Positions 1-6,400 of a stretch of 40,368 nucleotides of DNA are shown piece after piece. Every line of letters begins with the position of its first letter. Positions within the stretch are counted from its first letter, which is position 1. Made by a program: the position numbers and the translations under genes. Source of the stretch: a virus; the IMG/VR virus record IMGVR_UViG_3300045988_016556, positions 1 through 40,368 of that record; one strand, written 5' to 3'. The notes under the pieces are model-generated. The model was given only the letters and a program-made list of their open reading frames with translations, was not told the DNA's origin and made no database searches.

Positions 1-28
1 TGAAATCATTCTACAACTTGAAAAAATA
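1..28. repeat. attL core sequence TGAAATCATTCTACAACTTGAAAAAATA
   Basis: Exact 28/28 identity with 40341-40368. It lies about 60 bp from the integrase 3' end. Confidence 0.85.
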
Positions 29-50
29 AAACGTTGATTTAACAACGTTT
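21..50 (-). terminator. Rho-independent terminator downstream of int
   Basis: The stem is AAACGTTG/CAACGTTT (29-36 / 43-50) with a 6-nt loop. On the minus strand it is followed by TATTTTTT, which runs into the att core. Confidence 0.6.
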
Positions 51-86
51 CTAAGGGCTCTAGGTTAAACCTAGGGTTCTTTTTTT

Positions 87-1259
87 CTACCCAAGGGGCA
101 AGGAAGGGGCAAGATTATTCGTGATGATATCATCTAAAATATTGACCGCTTGATCCTTCATGTTCCTTGTGACGTGTGTATAGATGCTAGTGGTAACTTC
201 CGAATCTGCATGCCCAACCCTATCCATGATGGTTTTTAGTGGCACGTTGTTTTCAGCCAGTATGCTAATTGTGGTGTGTCTGAAAATGTGAGGGGATAGA
301 TGCTTGTCGATAGGTGTTTCTAGTCTGGTGTTAGCTCGTTGGAGTGATGCACTTAGGATTGTGCTGTGGATAGGCTTGCCAGTGTTGGTCGTGAAGATTT
401 TATCGCTATGATACCACTCTGGATTGGTCGATTCGCTTAGCTCTTTCAACTCTAGTATCTGGTCAATGATTTCCATTTCACGATTAGTGAGGTAGGTTGT
501 TCGGTAACTAGCGACGGTTTTCGTTCCCTCGTTCTCTGGGATGTATCTGTTGAAAGAGGTGTGGATATCCAAAGAACGTGTCTCCTTGTGGTAGTCTGAA
601 ACAGTCAGGCCAGCTAATTCACCAATCCGGCAACCGTTTAAAAGCATAAACTCACACGCCAGGGCGTATCTCAGTGTTATGTCCTTTCGGTAGAGCTCTT
701 TCAATAAGCGACTGTATTCGTCCGGTTCTAAGTATTTATTCTTGGCAGCTTGCTGTTTCTCAAGTTTATTGGTCTTCTTTGGTAATCGTGCTTTTCGTGA
801 TGGATTGTCAGAAATAAGTTGTTGATCCATAGCGTAGTCGAAGAATGTATTTAATACGGTTTTGGCACGATACTTTTGTGAATCTGTCCAGTCTTCGGTG
901 TCTAGCAAGGATTGGATAAGTCGGACATTGATATTTGATAGGATAGTCCCTTGTTCGATAGTGTCCGATATTCGTTTAACGGATGCTGCAAGGCTCTTGA
1001 TTGAACTTAACTTAATCTGTTTTTGGTGAAACTCCCACCACTCATTGAAGGCACTATGGAACGATACGTTAGTAGTGATGGATGACTCTATCTTCTGGGC
1101 TATCTTATCATCAAGCAAGCGTTGAGCTTCTTTCTTTGCTCGGTTCGAGCCGCTATTGAGCGTAACAGATACCCGTTTCCATTTTTCAGTGTAAGCATCC
1201 TTGTATCTTTCAAAATATTTATATTTTCTATTCGGTAATTGTTCTACCCACATTGTCAT
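87..1259 (-). CDS. int: Tyrosine recombinase (phage integrase)
   Basis: 390 aa. The C-terminal catalytic region carries GCRIGEL, HIFRHT, and GHADSEVTTSIYTHV (R..HxxR..Y signature). The gene is adjacent to the att core. Confidence 0.95.
   Translation of the reverse strand: MTMWVEQLPNRKYKYFERYKDAYTEKWKRVSVTLNSGSNRAKKEAQRLLDDKIAQKIESSITTNVSFHSAFNEWWEFHQKQIKLSSIKSLAASVKRISDTIEQGTILSNINVRLIQSLLDTEDWTDSQKYRAKTVLNTFFDYAMDQQLISDNPSRKARLPKKTNKLEKQQAAKNKYLEPDEYSRLLKELYRKDITLRYALACEFMLLNGCRIGELAGLTVSDYHKETRSLDIHTSFNRYIPENEGTKTVASYRTTYLTNREMEIIDQILELKELSESTNPEWYHSDKIFTTNTGKPIHSTILSASLQRANTRLETPIDKHLSPHIFRHTTISILAENNVPLKTIMDRVGHADSEVTTSIYTHVTRNMKDQAVNILDDIITNNLAPSLPLG
93..112. repeat. Two AAGGGGCAA motifs 11 bp apart, candidate integrase arm-type sites (left arm)
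   Basis: AAGGGGCAA occurs at 93-101 and 104-112. The same 9-mer pair with the same 11-bp spacing recurs at 40194-40213 in the right arm. Confidence 0.4.
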
Positions 1260-1376
1260 AGCTCCTTAATTTTGGTAAAATGGGCATAGAAAAAAGAAAG
1301 CATAACCTAGTTGCTTTGTTTAATCGTGATTGTATTTTTGTTTTCTGTTTTTCTGTGATGCATAGAGCTCTATAAT

Positions 1377-1769
1377 CTAACTTTGGCGAGGGAGATTATA
1401 GGGCTTTTTTAGTAGTTTCAAATATTCATGTTTTACAAAAGTCTCATCACAAATCGTGGTGAGATTATATTTTTCCATGAAGTGTAAGTAATTGAAGTCG
1501 TCAAGATTTTCATTTTTCAACAACTCATGGATCATAATCCTATTTGCTTGAACCTCATACTTTTCCCGTAGACGCTCATAGTCTTTAGAGTTCTGCTCTA
1601 GGTGGCCCAATTCATGTAAAATGACCTTCAAACGTATTTTTGGGTCTAAATCCTTATTGATATAAACCACCCTGTTTATAGGATCAATAAAGCCGTTTCT
1701 GGGCCACTGGCTAGAGTCGAACTCACAAAGAGACACATTGAACTGCTCAAGCAATTCGTTTTCAGTCAT
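1377..1769 (-). CDS. ImmA/IrrE-family zinc metalloprotease (anti-repressor protease)
   Basis: 130 aa with an HExxH motif (ILHELGHLEQ). It lies immediately downstream of, and co-oriented with, the XRE repressor, which is the ImmR/ImmA arrangement. Confidence 0.8.
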   Translation of the reverse strand: MTENELLEQFNVSLCEFDSSQWPRNGFIDPINRVVYINKDLDPKIRLKVILHELGHLEQNSKDYERLREKYEVQANRIMIHELLKNENLDDFNYLHFMEKYNLTTICDETFVKHEYLKLLKKPYNLPRQS

Positions 1770-1775
1770 AGCACC

Positions 1776-2132
1776 TCACTGTTCCTTACTACTCATGTAG
1801 CCGGCAATTATGCCTCTAATGGCACGCTTATCATCATCAGTAAGCGGTTTGCCATCGAACATCATCGCGTTTTCTATTATGTTATCGATGTCGTGGGAGT
1901 TTTGGTTGTCATTCTGCGAACTTGGCTTAACATTCAAAAACTGTTCTGTTGTCATGCCCAAAGCTTTTGCAAAATCGTCAGCTTTATTCAAAGGAAAAAC
2001 CCTACTTCCCGAAAGATACCTAGATAAAGTCGATTTAGATACCCCAGATTTACTTGCTAATTCAGACATCGACATAGAACTATTGTCTAAATAGCTTTTT
2101 ATTAGCGAAATAATTTCCTCGTTGTTTCTCAT
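1776..2132 (-). CDS. XRE-family (CI-like) phage repressor
   Basis: HTH segment MSMSELASKSGVSKSTLSRYLSG. I moved the start to ATG 2132 (MRNNEEIISL...) rather than the ORF-track start. The gene is divergent from the cro-like gene. Confidence 0.85.
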   Translation of the reverse strand: MRNNEEIISLIKSYLDNSSMSMSELASKSGVSKSTLSRYLSGSRVFPLNKADDFAKALGMTTEQFLNVKPSSQNDNQNSHDIDNIIENAMMFDGKPLTDDDKRAIRGIIAGYMSSKEQ

Positions 2133-2163
2133 ACTCTTTTTCCTTTTATTTAATAGTAAGAAT

Positions 2164-2272
2164 ATTATACAACAGTTCCCGAAAATACACAATACGTTCC
2201 CGAAAATAAACTTTTTTCATATTTTTTTTATTTTAGTGTTGACAAATGGGAACGTGTTAGGTATACTATAAT
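2164..2272. promoter_or_regulatory. Divergent cI/cro switch region: leftward and rightward promoters plus repeated operators
   Basis: The rightward promoter is TTGACA (2239-2244), a 17-nt spacer, then TATACT (2262-2267). The leftward promoter on the minus strand is TTGTGT (2187-2192), a 17-nt spacer, then TATAAT (2164-2169). GTTCCCGAAAATA is repeated at 2175-2187 and 2196-2208 (21-bp period). An inverted GGGAAC half-site at 2248-2253 sits inside the rightward spacer. Confidence 0.7.
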
Positions 2273-2318
2273 TGTTCTAAGGAACAAGCAATAAAAACTA
2301 AATAAACGGAGGTAATCT

Positions 2319-2546
2319 ATGAAAGTTGATTTGCTTCGTGTGAAAGCTGAGCGAGTAGCAAAAGGTTATACTCAAGCGAAAATGGCTGAACTAATGGGTT
2401 TGGCTCGCGATCAGTATAATAAGAGAGAGAATGGGAAAATCTCATTTACCGCTGACGAACTTATCACACTTGCCGACTTACTGGGATACGGTAGGGATGA
2501 AATCGGAATTTTTTTTAAGCAAACTGTTCCCGAAACGCAACAATAA
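2319..2546 (+). CDS. Cro-like XRE-family HTH regulator
   Basis: 75 aa with HTH segment YTQAKMAELMGLARDQYNKRENG. GGAGG lies 7 nt upstream of the ATG. The gene is divergent from the repressor. Confidence 0.85.
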   Translation: MKVDLLRVKAERVAKGYTQAKMAELMGLARDQYNKRENGKISFTADELITLADLLGYGRDEIGIFFKQTVPETQQ

Positions 2547-2634
2547 ATTAAAAGAAAGAGGTGACAACGCAACGTGCATTAGTAACTTAATTAAAACAAC
2601 GTAAAGTAATTTAAATAAAATGAACGGAGCAAAC

Positions 2635-2775
2635 ATGAAACCAAAACGATATCCATATAGTGGAAAGAAAAAAGAATCAAACGCTATTTTGAATATAACG
2701 ATTGATTCTAAAAGACTAGCAAATGTTTCTAATCTTAAATTTTGCCACATGAGACGCCAATTATTTGGTCAATAA
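2635..2775 (+). CDS. Small hypothetical protein (46 aa, basic)
   Basis: ATG at 2635 is preceded by GGAG. The product reads MKPKRYPYSGKKKESNAILN.... It is not in the ORF track because it is under 60 aa. Its 3' end overlaps the convergent gene at 2735-3058 by 41 nt. Confidence 0.3.
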   Translation: MKPKRYPYSGKKKESNAILNITIDSKRLANVSNLKFCHMRRQLFGQ

Positions 2776-3058
2776 ACAAATAAACAAATGGCATCGTTAT
2801 TTTTTGATTTGGACTAGTAACCAAAGTGACATCTACTAAGAGAATAGCTTCGAGTGGGTCGTCGCCGTCGAAAGTATGGCCTAAATTTTTACGAAACTCT
2901 AAAAAATTTTTTATACCATCATAACTTTCATCGGGATTATCAGGAAGTAATTTTCCAAAGTATGTTCCAGCCGCTGTCGATATAGCAATATCATAATCAA
3001 TTTCTGTGGCAAAGAATGCTATATCACCAACTAAGTCAAATTTTTTTGTATTAGACAT
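2735..3058 (-). CDS. Hypothetical acidic 107-aa protein, leftward (lysogeny-oriented) accessory gene
   Basis: Start chosen at MSNTKKFDL (ATG 3058), with AGGAG 7 nt upstream. About 16 D/E versus 8 K/R by eye. I recognise no family. It has its own TTGTGT-17-TATAAT promoter. Confidence 0.65.
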   Translation of the reverse strand: MSNTKKFDLVGDIAFFATEIDYDIAISTAAGTYFGKLLPDNPDESYDGIKNFLEFRKNLGHTFDGDDPLEAILLVDVTLVTSPNQKITMPFVYLFIDQIIGVSCGKI

Positions 3059-3140
3059 ATTAATTCTCCTTTCCATAATATTTGACTAGCGATTTTCATA
3101 AGGAGATGAGAGGCCCTATTTAATCGTTTGTCACGAATTG

Positions 3141-3211
3141 ATTATATCAGAAAGGATAGAATAACACAATATATTGTGTTTTCGATACAATCAAAAACTA
3201 TATATTGTGTT
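3141..3211. promoter_or_regulatory. Second divergent control region with a perfect 18-bp palindromic operator
   Basis: AACACAATATATTGTGTT (3163-3180) is a perfect palindrome. An imperfect copy, AAAACTATATATTGTGTT (3194-3211), is centred 31 bp away. The leftward promoter on the minus strand is TTGTGT (3164-3169), a 17-nt spacer, then TATAAT (3141-3146). Its -35 element lies inside the palindrome. Confidence 0.6.
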
Positions 3212-3223
3212 TTGGGATTAAAC

Positions 3224-3412
3224 ATGAAAAAAACTTTAAGCAAGTTACTGATTGACAGAGGAATGACAGTCACAGAGTTAGCTGAAAAGACTGGTATCAG
3301 CTATAACACGTTGATGAACATCGGAAAGAGAGACCTTTCTTTCAGTAGAATGTTGAAGATCGCTGATGCTTTAGATGTCAGTTTAGACGAATTCAGAAAG
3401 GATAATACATGA
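3224..3412 (+). CDS. Small XRE-type HTH DNA-binding protein
   Basis: 62 aa from ATG 3224 (MKKTLSKLLIDRGMTVTELAEKTGISYNTLMNIGKRD). Its stop overlaps the next start (ATGA). Confidence 0.75.
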   Translation: MKKTLSKLLIDRGMTVTELAEKTGISYNTLMNIGKRDLSFSRMLKIADALDVSLDEFRKDNT

Positions 3413-4308
3413 ACGAAATAGCACTATCAAACAACCTTTCTCAAATTGAATTAGAAATAAACCACCACAAGCAAATAGCTGGGCAATCAATTTGGGAAAT
3501 CGGAAGGCGATTAAAATACGTCAAAGAAAACGACTTGACACACGGTCAATTTAGGGAGTGGCACGAAGGTCTAGGGCTTGATAAAGACTTTGCTTATAAG
3601 TCAATGAAAATCGCTGAGGAATTACCAAATGTCGAAACGTTACGACATTTAGGAACAACCGCCTTACACTTAATCGCAACACTTCCAGAGGAAGCAAAGC
3701 AAGAACAAATTGAAAAGATTGAACAAGGTGAATCACCAACGGTCAGAGAGCTGCAAGAGGTGAAAAAAAAGCTCAAACTCAAAGACCAAGCACTGGAAGC
3801 GGTTAAAGGTGAGTTAGAGCGCACTAGACTTGTCAAACCAACTGAAAAGGTGATTGAAAAGGAAGTCATCCCAGACGATTACAAAGCCACGCAAGAGCTA
3901 AACAAACAGCTACTAGGAAAGAACAGAGACCTAGCGGACGAGCTTGATTCGGTCAAGAGAAGTCTAAGGCTCAAAACGGCTTCTTACGAAATGCTCGAAA
4001 AAGAGACATCCGAGGCGGTCGCTCTAAAAGAGTCTATCGAACACTTACGAGCTGATAAAGAGAAATTAGAAAACAGTGTTTCTAACATCTTTACACTCAG
4101 TAACCTAGTGTCAGAGTTTGAAGATTTCTTTGATAGCAAGATGGCACCGCTCAGATTTAAAACCCTTATCCAAGGGATTGGCAAGGATGCTCAGATTGAG
4201 AAATTAAGAGACATCTTAACACTCACAGAAAACTGGATTGATGAAATGAACAAAATCATTCCAGAAAGTGGAAGAACAATCATAGAAGGAGAAATCATCA
4301 ATGAGTAA
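3409..4308 (+). CDS. DUF3102-like early protein with C-terminal coiled coil
   Basis: The N-terminal segment IWEIGRRLKYVKENDLTHGQFREWHEGLGLDKDFAYKSMKIAEE matches my recollection of the DUF3102 signature. The C-terminal half is rich in E/K/L heptads. Confidence 0.65.
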   Translation: MNEIALSNNLSQIELEINHHKQIAGQSIWEIGRRLKYVKENDLTHGQFREWHEGLGLDKDFAYKSMKIAEELPNVETLRHLGTTALHLIATLPEEAKQEQIEKIEQGESPTVRELQEVKKKLKLKDQALEAVKGELERTRLVKPTEKVIEKEVIPDDYKATQELNKQLLGKNRDLADELDSVKRSLRLKTASYEMLEKETSEAVALKESIEHLRADKEKLENSVSNIFTLSNLVSEFEDFFDSKMAPLRFKTLIQGIGKDAQIEKLRDILTLTENWIDEMNKIIPESGRTIIEGEIINE

Positions 4309-4849
4309 GAAGAACAAGAAAAAAGAAAATTTGCTTGCTGAAACAGTCGAAATGCAGAAAAGACAAGCTATGAATCTTGTGGCACAAAGCACCGTTAACC
4401 AACAACTTTTGGAAGAAGTAATCGGAATCAAGGAAGAAATGGACAGAAATGTTAAAAAGACAAATCAAAAACTCACTGACATTGAGTTGCTGGTTGAAGA
4501 AGTTAACAAGAAAGTTCACATCGACGATGGTGAAGCTACTAAAATCAAGAGCCTTGTTTTCAGCAAAGCTGGTGTTTTCGCAGATATGTACTTCAATGAG
4601 CAGAAATCACACCCTAGCGATAATCTGTTCGCTTCGAAGAAAGGTCAGTTTATTCGCTTGATGTACTCACGCTTGAAGAAAGCCTTTAACGTGACCAAGT
4701 ACACTAATATCAAGCACGTTGAAGCTGAGAAAGCAGTGCAATTCCTAAGAGATTTATCTTACGACGACTTCACGCCGTTTGAAATTCGTGAGACACCAAA
4801 ACAAAAAGAACTTATCGCTCTTGAAAACGGATTGAAAGAAATCGGGTGA
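4301..4849 (+). CDS. ORF6C-domain-like early protein (antirepressor-associated C-terminal domain)
   Basis: 182 aa. The segment GEATKIKSLVFSKAG...FIRLMYSRLKKAFNVTKYTNIKHVEAEKAVQFL resembles the ORF6C pattern. The family call is from memory. Confidence 0.5.
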   Translation: MSKKNKKKENLLAETVEMQKRQAMNLVAQSTVNQQLLEEVIGIKEEMDRNVKKTNQKLTDIELLVEEVNKKVHIDDGEATKIKSLVFSKAGVFADMYFNEQKSHPSDNLFASKKGQFIRLMYSRLKKAFNVTKYTNIKHVEAEKAVQFLRDLSYDDFTPFEIRETPKQKELIALENGLKEIG

Positions 4850-5094
4850 CGCTTATGGAAATCACCTATAAACCAGTCGGTATCAACGAGACGGCTGAGT
4901 GGGGAGACTACGACCACCTCATGCAGAGGTGGGAAGGCCTTGGGAAGTCGATGGCAAAAAACCTCATTCGAGAAATGAGGGATAACAAAGACTTTCGAGG
5001 GTACGTATTCAACCCGACGCACAAACTGGTTTTCATCAACTATGAAGGGTTTAAGTCCTTCATCGAGTGGAAAACTAGAAACAGGTTCAAATAG
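4846..5094 (+). CDS. Hypothetical early protein (possible small DNA-binding or excisionase-like protein, weak)
   Basis: 82-aa ORF with a GTG start overlapping the previous stop. An alternative ATG lies at 4855. There is no secure family assignment. Confidence 0.5.
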   Translation: MTLMEITYKPVGINETAEWGDYDHLMQRWEGLGKSMAKNLIREMRDNKDFRGYVFNPTHKLVFINYEGFKSFIEWKTRNRFK

Positions 5095-5325
5095 CACAAC
5101 ACCCTGGCCGCAGAAGTGAGCTAGTGAGGAGATATAAGCAATACCAACCAAAAAACTACAACGATTTGATATTCATAATTGTCTCCTTAAATATATAAAT
5201 CTATGAAAAAAATCCTCACTAGTTCTCTAGTGCGGTTAGGGAATAAAAAAGGCCAACCACTGCCAGAAAGGAGCATAACCGAATGAAGTATATCTTTCAC
5301 TAATACGGAAGAAAATTACACGAAA

Positions 5326-5652
5326 ATGAATAACAAGTTCTTACAAGATACTAGCTTGAGCTTACAAGCGAAAGGCTTACTTGCTGAAATCTTGATAAAT
5401 AAAAGCGATTGGCGAGTTTATCTGTCAGAACTTGAAAAGAGGTCAACCAACGGGAAAAGCTCACATCGTACAGCGTTTGAAGAATTGAAACGCAAACGGT
5501 ATGTTGTGGTATTTCGTAAAAGCAAGGGCTATAAAAAAGGTTTTGAAATGGTTGTCTGTGCATCAGACATACCCATGACGGACGAATTTATAGAATACCT
5601 TGACAAAAAGTTATCCACAGAGTTATCCACAGGTAGCCTAGAAAATTCATAG
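5326..5652 (+). CDS. Winged-helix (HTH_36 / replication-initiator N-terminal-like) protein, short form
   Basis: 108 aa. The segment LSLQAKGLLAEILINKSDWRVYLSELEKRS...AFEELKRKRYVV resembles the N-terminal DNA-binding domain of phage and plasmid replication organisers. No DnaD-like C-terminal domain follows it. It lies directly upstream of the iterons. Confidence 0.5.
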   Translation: MNNKFLQDTSLSLQAKGLLAEILINKSDWRVYLSELEKRSTNGKSSHRTAFEELKRKRYVVVFRKSKGYKKGFEMVVCASDIPMTDEFIEYLDKKLSTELSTGSLENS

Positions 5653-5885
5653 TTCGATAATTGGAATTTCCATTTAATCAAACGATGATAATTCGTAAGT
5701 TATAAAATTCATACTACGAAAAAATCAAACGATGATAATTCATAGGTTAGAAAATCGGACACTAACAATAACTAATATATAAACAATAACTAATATATAA
5801 CAATATGGTGCTACGCACACTAACCGACAACAATCTAGAGCCTACCGGCACTAACCAGCAATAATAACTAATAGATAACTATACA
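5642..5885. repeat. Iteron-rich AT-rich region, candidate phage origin of replication
   Basis: The 19-mer AATCAAACGATGATAATTC occurs at 5676-5694 and 5723-5741. The tandem 18-mer AACAATAACTAATATATA occurs at 5764-5781 and 5782-5799, with a degenerate third copy near 5860-5884. CACTAAC appears three times (about 5760, 5817 and 5849). AATTCRTA appears four times. The region has no ORF. Confidence 0.55.
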
Positions 5886-5922
5886 GTAATCATAGTTAGA
5901 AGAATAAGAGAGGTAAAAAATC

Positions 5923-6066
5923 ATGAAAAAACTATTTAACTGGATTTGGTCTAAGAAACAAAATGAAGTAGAAGTCTATGAAGTTCCACAATGGGAATCT
6001 TACACAGCTAAAACTGAGCGATTCAACGCTGACCACGGATTGCCGTTAGATCAATTAGTGGGGTAA
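5923..6066 (+). CDS. Small hypothetical protein (47 aa)
   Basis: ATG at 5923 with GAGAGG 9 nt upstream. The product reads MKKLFNWIWSKKQNEVEVYEVPQWESY.... It falls below the ORF-track cutoff. Confidence 0.4.
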   Translation: MKKLFNWIWSKKQNEVEVYEVPQWESYTAKTERFNADHGLPLDQLVG

Positions 6067-6069
6067 CTC

Positions 6070-6189
6070 ATGAAACTACTAAAGAAATTGCTAACCAGAA
6101 AGAAACCCAAACAGCAAGAGCCGTTCTTTGAATGGGTTGAAACCCCAGAGGAAAAGCAAGAACGACTCAAGAACAAGTACACAAAATAA
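6070..6189 (+). CDS. Small hypothetical protein (39 aa, basic)
   Basis: ATG at 6070, 3 nt after the previous stop. The product reads MKLLKKLLTRKKPKQQEPFFEWVETPEEKQERLKNKYTK. The SD is weak. Confidence 0.3.
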   Translation: MKLLKKLLTRKKPKQQEPFFEWVETPEEKQERLKNKYTK

Positions 6190-6400
6190 CATCAACTTTT
6201 CAACGTGCAGCCATGGCCTCGTCGTGGAGTGCATCTTATACCCATAATTTTTCCCCAAAAAATTAACACTTTACTACCCACACAAAAATCTTTCTAAAAA
6301 ACATATTTACAAAGCGGCGAGGTTGTGGGTGCACGTTGAATGCACTAAAAAAGCATGGGTTAGGGCCCATGCAAGAAAAATACACCAAGGAGATTATACC

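Noticed and set aside
60-87. Plus-strand hairpin CTAGG-ttaaa-CCTAG followed by GGTTCTTTTTTT, considered as a terminator for host read-in
   Set aside because: The stem is only 5 bp and is separated from the T-run by several nucleotides. It may merely be part of the int 3' UTR, so I do not call it as a feature.
1810-2094. 94-aa plus-strand ORF
   Set aside because: It lies entirely antisense within the XRE repressor gene and has no SD.
2478-2750. 90-aa minus-strand ORF overlapping the cro 3' end
   Set aside because: It is a hydrophobic junk translation with no SD. It conflicts with cro and with the better-supported small plus-strand ORF.
5203-5286. 27-codon plus-strand ORF (MKKILTSSLVRLGNKKGQ...)
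   Set aside because: It has no SD, and it overlaps one arm of the inverted repeat. It is likely a chance ORF.
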